Virus record (IMG/VR): IMGVR_UViG_2541047722_000019 | Strand: one strand, 5' to 3' | DNA length: 29,355 nucleotides | DNA from: a virus | Lineage: Duplodnaviria > Heunggongvirae > Uroviricota > Caudoviricetes | In this document: one piece after another, positions 1-8,538 of the stretch | How positions within the stretch are numbered: position 1 is the first letter of the stretch | Layout: each line of letters begins with the position of its first letter | Notes under the pieces: model-generated | Told to the model about the DNA's origin: nothing | The model's input: the letters and a program-made list of their open reading frames with translations, nothing else | Databases searched by the model: none | Translations under genes and position numbers: made by a program

Positions 1-1917
1 GCCTGCCGGCGACCAGTTAATCAGCAACTTACCAATTCCCACAATGCCGCCGTTAAAGGCTTCCTGAATGTCAGCCCAGCGCTGTTTAAACCAACCACTG
101 ACAGCCCCCCAGTTGCGGTAGATAAGGTAAGCTGCTGTCGCGACAGCGGTGATAACGAGACCGATGGGATTCATCATCAGCGCTCGCCCAATCCAGAGAA
201 CGGCACGTGCAGCGCTCATAAAACCGCGAACGAGGCTGCCCGCCAGAACTTTGCTGAGTTTCAGTCCTCCGCTGGTCAGTCGGCTGAATCCAGTGACAAG
301 CCAGCGTAATTTGCCACCTTCTCCGAGTGCGGTAGTCAGTCGATGCCAGTTGGTCCGGAGTAAAACAGTAGTTTTCCAGACGTTCACAAAGGGGGAAATA
401 AGGAGATTCAGCCCCAGTTTGAGACCAATAGTCGCTATCTTAATCGCAAGGAGCGCACTGATGAGCTTAAAAGCCCCACTGACAAATTGCGGGTGAGTCG
501 CTACCCAGTGTTTTGTCCCCTGAATGAGTGGGAGCAGTTCCTGAGTCAGAGAAATAAAAGATGGAGCTAATTGATCGCCCAGCGTAATTGCCAGATCGCG
601 ACTGCTGACCATAAGTGTTTTAGTGGCTTCAAGGGGAGATTTCAGCCGCTGATCATAAGCACTGGCAAGCAAATCGTTATCCGCAGCCCTGAGAGCACCG
701 GCACGGATCTCTCGATATCTGTCCATGTTGGCCAGCATCGGGCGGATAAATGCCATGACCTGCATATCCGCGAACATATCGCCCAGACCAAAGTTTTTCG
801 CCAGAGCCTGAAGTGCCTCATCTCTTGCCGTATCATTCTTTATTTTCATGGCTGATTTGAAGCCGGCCAGCGCTTCGGGGCTTTTGGCATTGAGGTAACG
901 TTCTATAACACTCAACATCCCTTCAATCGGAGAGATCCCCGCAGCTTTATAACTCGCAATAGATCCCTGCAAATCAATACCCAGATCAGCAAACTGTTTC
1001 TGAGTATCGCGGGCAAAAATTTTGGTAAGAAAGTTTTTAAAATTATTGGCTGCTTCGTCGGTGGAACCTGCACCGATTTTTGCTATCTGGAGACTGGCCC
1101 CGATTTCAGCAACAGCCTCTTTTCCACTGGCAAGACCCGCCATCATTGGGGCCAGGGACTGCATCCACTTGACCTGATCCGGGATTTCAAATGACCCCTG
1201 GTCACCGGCATAAGCCATAATATTCTGAACGGCACCAAAATCTCTGGCCGCACCTTTCAGGGAGTTTTGCCAGACTGCGGCCACTTTTGCCCAGTCCTGA
1301 GCAGACGTGCGTGTTGCCGTTGCCGCGCGGGCAATATCCGGCATCAGAAAACCGATATCTGACACATTATCAATATTGTCGCTGATGAGTGAACCCACCG
1401 CCTCCTGCAGCTCATCCTGATACTGATTGTATTTAAGCGCCCAGCCTTTTATCTGTCCGGCAAGTGCATCCCGCGTTTTATTGTCATATTTTGCGGTGAT
1501 CGACATATCAATCATTTTGTCCTGAAAAGACATGGACTGCTGAACGGCAGGGGAAACCGTATGATAAACAGTCTGTGCCATGCCATACGCTTCAATCCCC
1601 TGACCATACAGCGCCATGCGGTTAGCTTTCAGCGCATCACTGGTAGCGGATGCCGCTGACAGACGGCGCTGCTGGCGCTCAATTTGCTCCATGGTGCGGC
1701 TTACCCGCAGCAGCTCGCTGTTGAGATGCTGCATCCGGGAAGAACCCAGTTGACCATAACGTTCTGTTGCACGGGTTAAAGCGTTCTGACGTTCCTGCAG
1801 GCGGCGTGAGGTATCGCTCAGGGAATCAAGCGCACGGCGGGTACCGCTCATTGCAGAACGGAATGTGCTGCCAATCATCCCGCCGATAACAACGCCGACT
1901 GAAAACTGTCCCGACAT
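1..1917 (-). CDS. Tail tape measure protein, N-terminal 639 codons (3' end beyond window)
   Basis: ATG at 1917-1915 preceded by GGAGG; frame stays open to position 1. N-terminus reads MSGQFSVGVVIGGMIGSTFRSAMSGTRRALDSLSD. Sits directly downstream of the frameshifted chaperone pair, as in Mu and P2. Confidence 0.75.
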   Translation of the reverse strand, partial: MSGQFSVGVVIGGMIGSTFRSAMSGTRRALDSLSDTSRRLQERQNALTRATERYGQLGSSRMQHLNSELLRVSRTMEQIERQQRRLSAASATSDALKANRMALYGQGIEAYGMAQTVYHTVSPAVQQSMSFQDKMIDMSITAKYDNKTRDALAGQIKGWALKYNQYQDELQEAVGSLISDNIDNVSDIGFLMPDIARAATATRTSAQDWAKVAAVWQNSLKGAARDFGAVQNIMAYAGDQGSFEIPDQVKWMQSLAPMMAGLASGKEAVAEIGASLQIAKIGAGSTDEAANNFKNFLTKIFARDTQKQFADLGIDLQGSIASYKAAGISPIEGMLSVIERYLNAKSPEALAGFKSAMKIKNDTARDEALQALAKNFGLGDMFADMQVMAFIRPMLANMDRYREIRAGALRAADNDLLASAYDQRLKSPLEATKTLMVSSRDLAITLGDQLAPSFISLTQELLPLIQGTKHWVATHPQFVSGAFKLISALLAIKIATIGLKLGLNLLISPFVNVWKTTVLLRTNWHRLTTALGEGGKLRWLVTGFSRLTSGGLKLSKVLAGSLVRGFMSAARAVLWIGRALMMNPIGLVITAVATAAYLIYRNWGAVSGWFKQRWADIQEAFNGGIVGIGKLLINWSPAG

Positions 1918-1992
1918 AGTGGTTAACCTCCGGGGAAGGTGAAAAGACGTGAGGGGATAACGCAGAACAGCCGCTACTGGCGGCTGTCTGTA

Positions 1993-2089
1993 CTATGATT
2001 TGTCGCCGTACTCGCTTTTGATTTGCTCTTCAGCCTGCTCCAGCCACATCTCCAGATCGTCAGTATCGAGGGCATCAATCTCCCCCGGC
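1993..2089 (-). CDS. Frameshift extension of the tail assembly chaperone (+1/-2 frame relative to 2075..2410)
   Basis: ORF 1993..2250 overlaps the 3' end of ORF 2075..2410 in the +1 frame. Only its distal part (EIDALDTDDLEMWLEQAEEQIKSEYGDKS) looks protein-like. A GGGGG run (plus CCCCC 2082-2086) lies two codons before the upstream stop. Confidence 0.55.
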
Positions 2090-2410
2090 TGAAACCGGAA
2101 CCATCTCGCCAGCAGCCCCTGCGCCTGCGTCAGCGCCCTGGTTGCTCTCACCCATCCCCGTGATGAGCTGAAATCGTTTCTGTAACTGCAGGTAATCAGC
2201 CAGATCCATATTGTCGAGATCTTCCGGGAGAAGACCAGTACTGCGGGCAATCAGCGGTTCGTCCCAGTCTGCCGGGTTTTTGCTGATTTTGCGCACCTGC
2301 TTCAGGTCTTTTACCGTCAGGCGTTTCAGTTCAACCAGCTCAATTCTGGTGCCTGCAGCAGTGGTGAAGGGATAAGACAATTTAAAAGTATCGGATGGGG
2401 TCTGTGACAT
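2075..2410 (-). CDS. Tail assembly chaperone (lambda G / P2 E analogue)
   Basis: 111-aa ORF immediately upstream of the tape measure gene, with AGGAG 8 nt before the ATG and an overlapping downstream ORF in another frame. This is the conserved chaperone arrangement. Confidence 0.65.
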   Translation of the reverse strand: MSQTPSDTFKLSYPFTTAAGTRIELVELKRLTVKDLKQVRKISKNPADWDEPLIARSTGLLPEDLDNMDLADYLQLQKRFQLITGMGESNQGADAGAGAAGEMVPVSAGGD

Positions 2411-2485
2411 GATTGTGCTCCTGTGTAAGTTCAGGGCAGTATGTCGGGAGAAGCGCGTGACGGATATTAAAGGAGATTAAGAAGA

Positions 2486-2501
2486 AGGGGCCGGAGCCCC
2501 T
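2486..2501 (-). terminator. Short GC hairpin (AGGGGC-CGGA-GCCCCT) after ORF 2508..2789; possible attenuator
   Basis: 6-bp GC stem with 4-nt loop, 7 nt after the stop at 2508, followed on the minus strand by a pyrimidine/T-rich stretch (TCTTCTTAATCTCCTTTAAT). Confidence 0.25.
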
Positions 2502-2507
2502 GTGATG

Positions 2508-2789
2508 TCAGCAAGTGCGAAACCCCTTGCAGTTACGCAGGAAAGCGATGAGAAGCGTCTTTCCCTCAGATTTGCCGATGCCGGAGAACCAGTGGTCGGG
2601 AGGCTCCCATGCTTCAATCAAATCCGCCAGTTTGCGGGCCTTTGAACGTGTGCAGTCAATCGGGTCATTGGTTTTACGGGTATTAAAAAGGGTTTCCACC
2701 CCCGGAATATCAAGGAGGGTAAACCACGTACCATTTGACATGCCCAGTGCCGCACATCGTCCTCCTTTATCCGTCAGTTCAACACTCAC
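2508..2789 (-). CDS. Hypothetical tail-region protein (position of Mu gp41/Y)
   Basis: 93-codon ORF with GTG start 2 nt after the tube gene stop, GGGGG 6 nt upstream. The opposite-strand ORF 2515..2808 translates to low-complexity R/S-rich sequence. Confidence 0.4.
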   Translation of the reverse strand: MSVELTDKGGRCAALGMSNGTWFTLLDIPGVETLFNTRKTNDPIDCTRSKARKLADLIEAWEPPDHWFSGIGKSEGKTLLIAFLRNCKGFRTC

Positions 2790-2791
2790 CG

Positions 2792-3313
2792 TCAGCCCCC
2801 GATATTGATACGGTAGTCAGTCAGTTGATCAACACCGCCGACCCGGAAGATGTTGGCCAGATAGTCCAGTTGCAGCAGCTCTTCACCATCCAGTACCTGT
2901 CTGATATACGTGCAGGTGAAGCTACTGGAGAACTCGGCGTTCTCGTGCTGTTTGAACGTCCCCAGCGGGTTCTTCTTGAACATAATCGTCAGGAAGGTGA
3001 CCAGCGGGATTTCGTCAATCAGCCCCTGCGAGCTGTAGCGCTGGACGCTGGAACGACACTGCAGTGCCAGCGACCTGTACGGGTTCGCGGCAGACAGCAT
3101 CGCATCGCGGTAAAAGCTGTTCCATTTGATTTCGCCTTCCAGCTTGTCAAAACCAGCCGGGAGTTCCACCTTACCCACCATCCCCAGCGCCTTGTGTTCC
3201 TGCATAATCATGGAGACATCGGGGAGTTTGACTTCCTCAGCCCGTCCCAGCAGGTTAGTACCATCCAGATAGATGTTGGCATTCGTGATGCGGTTTATCT
3301 CAATCTTTGACAT
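2792..3313 (-). CDS. Tail tube protein (P2 FII / Mu M family)
   Basis: 173 aa; C-terminal CTYIRQVLDGEELLQLDYLANIFRVGGVDQLTDYRINIGG resembles contractile-tail tube proteins. Start overlaps the sheath stop (TGATG). Confidence 0.8.
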   Translation of the reverse strand: MSKIEINRITNANIYLDGTNLLGRAEEVKLPDVSMIMQEHKALGMVGKVELPAGFDKLEGEIKWNSFYRDAMLSAANPYRSLALQCRSSVQRYSSQGLIDEIPLVTFLTIMFKKNPLGTFKQHENAEFSSSFTCTYIRQVLDGEELLQLDYLANIFRVGGVDQLTDYRINIGG

Positions 3314-4740
3314 CAGTTGCCCCCTTTCAGGGTTAACAGGTATTCCGAGGTGATCTCAGTCTCAAACGTCAGTCGCTCCAGCGGCGGTGGTGGCGTATAT
3401 TTGTAGCTCAGCAACAGGTGCCCGGCGGCCAGCTCCGTCTCCGGATTGCGGGCCGGATCAAACCAGCAACGGAAGCCCAGTACCGCACCATCACCAGTCA
3501 TTTTGCGACCGTAGGCGTTGACCGACTCCGTCAGTGCATCAATCAGCGCCTGAGTAATCGGCATGTCGATGTACTGCTGGCTGAAATAACGAATGGACTC
3601 GTTGATCACATCACCGGTGCGGCGAACGTTCTCAAAGTTACGCATATGGGTGACCGTTGGCCATGCTGCCGTCCGGTTACCCCACAGACGAAGGCCGCTG
3701 CCGTAACTGCTGAATACCGTGGTGATCCCCTGTTCGTTAAGCAGGTTCACCTCACTCTGCGGGTCATCAATCATCGCGGACAGCTGGCGCTCCACGCCGG
3801 TGATCCCCAGAATCTCCTGATTGGAGGATGACCACCAGTAGCCCTTGTCCAGATCGACTCTGGCACGCAGACCTGCTGCACGCTGGCTGAGCGGCTCCAG
3901 ACGCTCTGTGTTTGTCACCGGGTCATATACCTTCACATGCGGATAGCACAGACGGACGCGGTCGGAGCTGGTATTGAAGTTGATGGTGCCTTCCGGGCCA
4001 CGACCTGCCAGAGCCTGTGCAAAGGTGGTACCGACAGGCGCATCAATGTAGGTTACCGCGCCCAGCTTCTCTGCCATGGCGATAAGCTCAACTGCGACAC
4101 TCTTCTGGGTGCAGAACACCGGCGCAATCAGAATTTTGGCGAAATAGCCGTACAGGTTGAAGCTGTCGTTAAGCAGCTTCATGCCGGTTCGGTTTCCGGC
4201 GCTGTTCACCCCGCCGATGATGTCCGCCGCAGTCACCTTCGACGGGTCCGCGTACTCATAGCTCACCTTCACGCTGCCACCGGCCTCAATAGCCTTGCCC
4301 AGGTTCGTGAGCACACCCGCCTGCGCATCAACACGGTAGTCCGTGTTCGCCGTGTGGGTGGTGCTGCCTTCACTGTTTTTCACCACCACATTAGCGACAA
4401 CCGGATGCGCCAGTCTGGCCTGCCCTGTCGATTTGTCAAAGGTAACCACCTCATCCTCGATCGCCGTTTTATGTTTCGCCGGGTCGAGGACGTTAATGAC
4501 CAGAACGGTGCCTGCACCATGGTCATAAATCGCATCCAGCGCCTGCGGAATGGTAAAGCCGGTGAACTGGCTGCCAAATGCCGCTGCGTCTTTCTCAGAC
4601 AGGCACTGTACCAGCGTATTGACATCCCCCATCGGGGCGGTACCAATCAGGCCAATAACGGCAGATTTCACCGTTTTAACCGGGCGGGCACCGTTTTCCA
4701 CCTCAATGGTTTCGGGACCATGCAGATAGTTAGCTGCCAT
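3313..4740 (-). CDS. Tail sheath protein
   Basis: 475 aa, GGAGG 7 nt upstream of ATG, immediately upstream of the tube gene. Sheath-like motifs GYWWSSSN and RLWGNRT. Confidence 0.8.
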   Translation of the reverse strand: MAANYLHGPETIEVENGARPVKTVKSAVIGLIGTAPMGDVNTLVQCLSEKDAAAFGSQFTGFTIPQALDAIYDHGAGTVLVINVLDPAKHKTAIEDEVVTFDKSTGQARLAHPVVANVVVKNSEGSTTHTANTDYRVDAQAGVLTNLGKAIEAGGSVKVSYEYADPSKVTAADIIGGVNSAGNRTGMKLLNDSFNLYGYFAKILIAPVFCTQKSVAVELIAMAEKLGAVTYIDAPVGTTFAQALAGRGPEGTINFNTSSDRVRLCYPHVKVYDPVTNTERLEPLSQRAAGLRARVDLDKGYWWSSSNQEILGITGVERQLSAMIDDPQSEVNLLNEQGITTVFSSYGSGLRLWGNRTAAWPTVTHMRNFENVRRTGDVINESIRYFSQQYIDMPITQALIDALTESVNAYGRKMTGDGAVLGFRCWFDPARNPETELAAGHLLLSYKYTPPPPLERLTFETEITSEYLLTLKGGN

Positions 4741-4981
4741 GGGTGTCCTCCGTTTTCACTTCGCTGTCACTGCTGCTTCTGCGCTTTGGTGACTGCACAG
4801 CCGGTGTGCCGGCGGGTTTAGTCTCTTCAGGTACCGGCGTCAGATGTTTCAGCGCCACCAGTACCTTCACGTAGTCATGCTCCTCCGGCAGGGAAACCGT
4901 CTTCCCCGGCCAGAGCAGGATTTCGGTTCCGTCCGACAGCGTGACGCCGCTGGCCGGGCCGGAATAGCGGTATTCTTTCAT
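4730..4981 (-). CDS. Hypothetical protein (position of Mu gp38)
   Basis: ATG at 4981 overlaps the upstream stop (TGATG). 83 aa, last cistron before the sheath gene. Confidence 0.45.
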   Translation of the reverse strand: MKEYRYSGPASGVTLSDGTEILLWPGKTVSLPEEHDYVKVLVALKHLTPVPEETKPAGTPAVQSPKRRSSSDSEVKTEDTHGS

Positions 4982-5445
4982 CACTCGCTTTCCTCATAGT
5001 TCACTTCGGTTAACAGCGGGCCGGACGGTAAATCGCTGTCTTCGATAAAGACGCTTTCAGTCGCGAAGTCGAGGGCGTACTGCCACAGCCCCCTGACTTC
5101 ACCGATAAACACCTCGCGGGTCAGCCAGATACGGCGGCGGCAGCCGGGCGGGGTGTGGCCACCGAGAATGCGGCGGACAGCATCCAGGACATTAATCGCC
5201 CCTTTTTTACCGTTGAGCTGGCGGAAGACCACCGTGACGCAGAGCTGGATAGTCTGAGACTGGATCACCGCACCGGTATCATCCGGCCTGTCAAAGCGCG
5301 AACCGGCATAGCTCAACAGCAACGCGCCAACCGGATGGTTCAGGCGATATTCAGCCGGTTTCTCCGGGAAGTACTCCACCTGCAGTTGCGGCAGCTTCTC
5401 GCGTAACCGGGCCAGTACCGCATCAAGGACGGGCAGAACGTTCAT
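4981..5445 (-). CDS. Head-tail connector / tail completion protein (Mu gp37-like by position)
   Basis: 154 aa; ATG overlaps upstream stop (TGATG). Assignment is by position between the capsid and sheath genes. Confidence 0.5.
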   Translation of the reverse strand: MNVLPVLDAVLARLREKLPQLQVEYFPEKPAEYRLNHPVGALLLSYAGSRFDRPDDTGAVIQSQTIQLCVTVVFRQLNGKKGAINVLDAVRRILGGHTPPGCRRRIWLTREVFIGEVRGLWQYALDFATESVFIEDSDLPSGPLLTEVNYEESE

Positions 5446-5891
5446 CAGTATTTCTCCAGTAAACCGTCACGACCGCCGAAAGTAGCCGGGCGACTGCGTA
5501 CACGAAACTCGCCAGGCTCAGGCACATCTTTCTGAGTGGACGGCAGCCCCAGCGTGAGCCTGTTATCACGTAACTCCCTGAGTTGCCGCAGCGCTTCTTT
5601 GTGGTCATCCTTCACCGTATCCGGGAGGTCACCTTCCGGGCGGCGGGCGTAGAGCCGGTAACGGACCAGCGTGATGGCAATGTCCCGCAGAACAGTCGGT
5701 ATCTCTGCCAGTGGCAGGATATAGCGTCCGCGCAGATGGGCATCAATCAGCTCGTCGGCATAGCGGATACAGCTGTCCACCACACGGGTATTCACTGTTG
5801 CAGGTGAGTCGAAGTCCATCTCTTCACTGGTGAGCTCGATAAGCGTCCGCTCCGGCACCTGCGCAAGCAAATCCTCCAGGGTGCAGTACAT
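5445..5891 (-). CDS. Head-tail connector protein (Mu gp36-like by position)
   Basis: The track ORF begins with TTG at 6053. The first ATG (5891) lies 1 nt after the upstream stop and gives a 148-aa protein starting MYCTLEDLLAQ. Confidence 0.5.
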   Translation of the reverse strand: MYCTLEDLLAQVPERTLIELTSEEMDFDSPATVNTRVVDSCIRYADELIDAHLRGRYILPLAEIPTVLRDIAITLVRYRLYARRPEGDLPDTVKDDHKEALRQLRELRDNRLTLGLPSTQKDVPEPGEFRVRSRPATFGGRDGLLEKY

Positions 5892-5892
5892 G

Positions 5893-6231
5893 TCACACCC
5901 CGCGCAGGATACGAATGACGTCGCCTTCACCCCCGGCTTCATCAAGTGCAATACCACAGGATTTACCGTCGCCGGACTGCGGCACGGCTCTGGCCTGAGC
6001 ATCTGACTGAACAGCCACACCACGGCTGACAGCGGCCCCGGCCTCGACAGCAATAATGCCCAGAACGCTCACCGGCGTGCTGTCGCCGGTAACAGCATCC
6101 ACTTCGGCAACCCCGAGCGCTGCGGCACCGGCTTTACAGGGGGTATTATCTGCCCCGACAAAACGCTGCTGTGCCAGTGCTGCCCCTGCCGTTACGGTTG
6201 TGATCAGAATGACCTGCTGAGTGGTTCCCAT
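5893..6231 (-). CDS. Small head-associated protein (Ala/Gly/Val-rich)
   Basis: 112 aa; ATG with AGGAGG upstream, directly after the major capsid gene. Confidence 0.55.
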   Translation of the reverse strand: MGTTQQVILITTVTAGAALAQQRFVGADNTPCKAGAAALGVAEVDAVTGDSTPVSVLGIIAVEAGAAVSRGVAVQSDAQARAVPQSGDGKSCGIALDEAGGEGDVIRILRGV

Positions 6232-6240
6232 AACGCCTCC

Positions 6241-7194
6241 TTATTTACTGATACCGGTAATGAGATACCCGGCATCGCCACCAACCACGGCGACTTTGTA
6301 GATATCGGTATAACGGCAGTACTTCACCTTGCCACCGGCTCCGTCGTATTTGTCGGCAACAGGCATCCCCTTACGACGCAGGGTGTAGCCGAAGGACGGC
6401 TCGTTCTCGTCCGCGCTGTCCGCCCCCGGCTGCGGTTTGCCGACATAGTGCAGCATCAGATTGTCTCCCCAGATATCCGCCGGCACGCTGTTCTTATCCA
6501 TTGCCGCTTTCATGGACGGCAGGGAGACTGGGGCACCGATGACGATCTCTTCGATCTGAAAGAGGTCCTGCAGGATTTCTGTGGTGATGCGCTTGCGTTC
6601 GTTGGCTCCGATGGCGGCCTGAATCGCCGGGTGGAACTTCAGCAGCGCCATCACGCCGGCCCCCATGGTCATCAGGTTAGGACGCAGCCCCGTGGCCGTA
6701 CGGACCGCTTCCATACCGGCTTCAATCACCCCGATGGGGTCCCCCTTACCACCGGCCCAGCGATCACTGGCTGTCAGTTTTTTGACGTGCCCGGTACGGT
6801 AGACCTTTTCATCCTGAGCCAGACGGGCAGCGATAAGTTCACGGCGCAGGTTCACGCCATTCGTGGCGCGACGGATGGCCTTGCTCTCTTCGTTAAACAT
6901 GGACTCCGCCTGCTCGCGATAGTCCACCGGCGCAGCCAGATCGTGTTCACCCAGCACCAGGTCCAGCGTGCCTGTTTTTTCACGGACCAGAACATTGCTG
7001 TCCGCCCCGACGGCACGCTCGGTGTCATATTCCACAAAGGCGGTTTTCCCGAAGGTCGGTACACGCACGCCTTCCTTGTCCGTCAGCACGACGGGGAAAA
7101 TACGTTCGCCGATGAATGCGGCATTTTTATAGCCACGGGCGATACTGGTCAGTACCGGATCAACGACACGTTTACCTTTTAAGTAATCAGACAT
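6241..7194 (-). CDS. Major capsid protein (Mu T-like by position)
   Basis: 317 aa, AAGGAG upstream of ATG, immediately downstream of the protease/scaffold gene. Confidence 0.7.
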   Translation of the reverse strand: MSDYLKGKRVVDPVLTSIARGYKNAAFIGERIFPVVLTDKEGVRVPTFGKTAFVEYDTERAVGADSNVLVREKTGTLDLVLGEHDLAAPVDYREQAESMFNEESKAIRRATNGVNLRRELIAARLAQDEKVYRTGHVKKLTASDRWAGGKGDPIGVIEAGMEAVRTATGLRPNLMTMGAGVMALLKFHPAIQAAIGANERKRITTEILQDLFQIEEIVIGAPVSLPSMKAAMDKNSVPADIWGDNLMLHYVGKPQPGADSADENEPSFGYTLRRKGMPVADKYDGAGGKVKYCRYTDIYKVAVVGGDAGYLITGISK

Positions 7195-7208
7195 GCTCTC
7201 TCCTTAAA

Positions 7209-8324
7209 TTACAGGCAGCGTGCGACAGCAGCCTCATAGCTGATGCCTTCTTTTTTGGACAGGGCCACTGCTTTCTGATGCAGGGCCAGACGCTCAGGAT
7301 CGGCTTCCGCAAACTCTGCCACATCCACCTTCACCGTGTCGCCGACACGCTCTTTTGTGGCCTGTTCGGCGAAATTCATCACCGGCTCCCCGTCGGAGAG
7401 CAATGAACGAAAGGCGGTGGCCAGCGGTGTGCGGCTTTCCCCCTCAGCAAACTCCACCGGCTTGTCGCCACCGGCGACGGCATCCAGCAGGGCAACCACC
7501 ACGGAGGAGGCGCGGGGAGCCAGACGGCCCTCTGCGACCAGTTTTTCTGCAAAGGCCACATTGTCCTTATGCAGTTGCTCCTGTCTGACCTGTGCATCAC
7601 GCGCATCGCGATCAGCAGCCTGCTGCTTCAGGCGGCGGTTCTCCTCCTGAAGGGCTTCAATCTCTTCTTTTGTCATCGATGATTCCTCGTTACTTGCGGA
7701 AGACGGCCCCGGGCCTGTCTCACTGAATTGTGCACCTGCTGCATCCTGCGACAGTGTGTCGCGGTACGCCTCTTCGCGCAGACTGTTGAGCTGCCATTCC
7801 GGCAGGACTTTTTCTGCCTCGTCCAGACTGAAGCGGGCGATCAGAAAATCGCGCAGCTTTCCCCACAGGGAGGCATTCGTGATGGCCTGCCAGTCGGCGA
7901 ACTCCACCACACCTTCTTCCTGCTCACTGAAGGACACCTGTTTCAGCCCCTTGACGGAAGGTGGCTGTGCCCCGAGAAAGCCCACATGGCGAAGGTAGAG
8001 CACGCCGGGCTTCGGATTGGACGGTGAATCCGGGAGGTAGAAAGAGGCGGACACTTTTTTGAATCGTCCGTCGGTGACCATCTCAGCAAACTGCGGGTCC
8101 AGCTGGGCAGGCTCTGCCATCAGATCGACGCCGCTGAGCGACAGGGCTTTCACCCAGCCCCACGCCGGGTCTTCCGTTCTGGGATGACCAATCACGAGTG
8201 GTGCTTCATGGACGGACGGGTCATAGGCTTTCACGCAGGCGGCAAGATCGTCTGGCGTGAACGGCAGTTTTTTGCCGTGCATATCGGTATGAGTACCGGC
8301 TTTAAAAATGTGAATGGCTGACAT
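7209..8324 (-). CDS. Head maturation protease / scaffold (Mu I-like); possible internal scaffold start near 7676
   Basis: 371 aa; C-terminal third is charged and coiled-coil-like (EEIEALQEENRRLKQQAADRDARDAQVRQEQL). An in-frame ATG (7676-7674) precedes this part. First cistron after the G-I intergenic region. Confidence 0.6.
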   Translation of the reverse strand: MSAIHIFKAGTHTDMHGKKLPFTPDDLAACVKAYDPSVHEAPLVIGHPRTEDPAWGWVKALSLSGVDLMAEPAQLDPQFAEMVTDGRFKKVSASFYLPDSPSNPKPGVLYLRHVGFLGAQPPSVKGLKQVSFSEQEEGVVEFADWQAITNASLWGKLRDFLIARFSLDEAEKVLPEWQLNSLREEAYRDTLSQDAAGAQFSETGPGPSSASNEESSMTKEEIEALQEENRRLKQQAADRDARDAQVRQEQLHKDNVAFAEKLVAEGRLAPRASSVVVALLDAVAGGDKPVEFAEGESRTPLATAFRSLLSDGEPVMNFAEQATKERVGDTVKVDVAEFAEADPERLALHQKAVALSKKEGISYEAAVARCL

Positions 8325-8460
8325 TTTGCTGTCCCGCGTTATGTTGTCGGAGACAGTTTGTGAGAAATGCAGGCCCGGCGATTTTAATCTGCTTTAGAAA
8401 ACATCAGGGGAGAAGGACAGGGAAAGCAATGCGGTGAACCGGAGGCGGTTATAAAACAGA
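8325..8460 (-). promoter_or_regulatory. Candidate late promoter region for the I-to-tail operon (Mu P_I analogue)
   Basis: Non-coding stretch inside the late cluster, upstream of the I-like gene and downstream of a terminator-like hairpin. Contains TAAAAT and a TGTCTCCGACA palindrome 18-28 nt before the ATG. Promoter elements are not verified. Confidence 0.35.
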
Positions 8461-8492
8461 GGCTGTAAAGCCTTTATAAAGGTAATACAGCC
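8461..8492 (-). terminator. Dyad-symmetry hairpin with T-tract after the G-like gene
   Basis: GGCTGTA ... TACAGCC arms enclosing the palindrome CTTTATAAAG, followed on the minus strand by TCTGTTTTAT. Lies 47 nt after the stop at 8539. Confidence 0.45.
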
Positions 8493-8538
8493 CCTCATTC
8501 GCTGGCAATGATAAATCACCCGCCTGAAGAGAGAAAAC

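Noticed and set aside
149-855. Plus-strand ORFs 149..496 and 571..855
   Set aside because: Antisense to the open tape measure frame; translations are low-complexity and R/S/P-rich. GC-rich antisense shadows.
2075-2250. Initial reading of the chaperone overlap as a canonical -1 frameshift
   Set aside because: Checking codon phase shows the downstream ORF is in the +1/-2 frame, so the call was revised to a +1/-2 shift at the G5 run.
2735-4821. Plus-strand ORFs 2735..3310 and 3937..4821 (191 and 294 aa)
   Set aside because: Fully antisense to the tube and sheath genes, which carry recognisable motifs and SDs; the antisense translations are Arg/His-rich with no motifs.
6448-7182. Plus-strand ORF 6448..7182 (244 aa)
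   Set aside because: Antisense to the major capsid gene; no SD and low-complexity translation.
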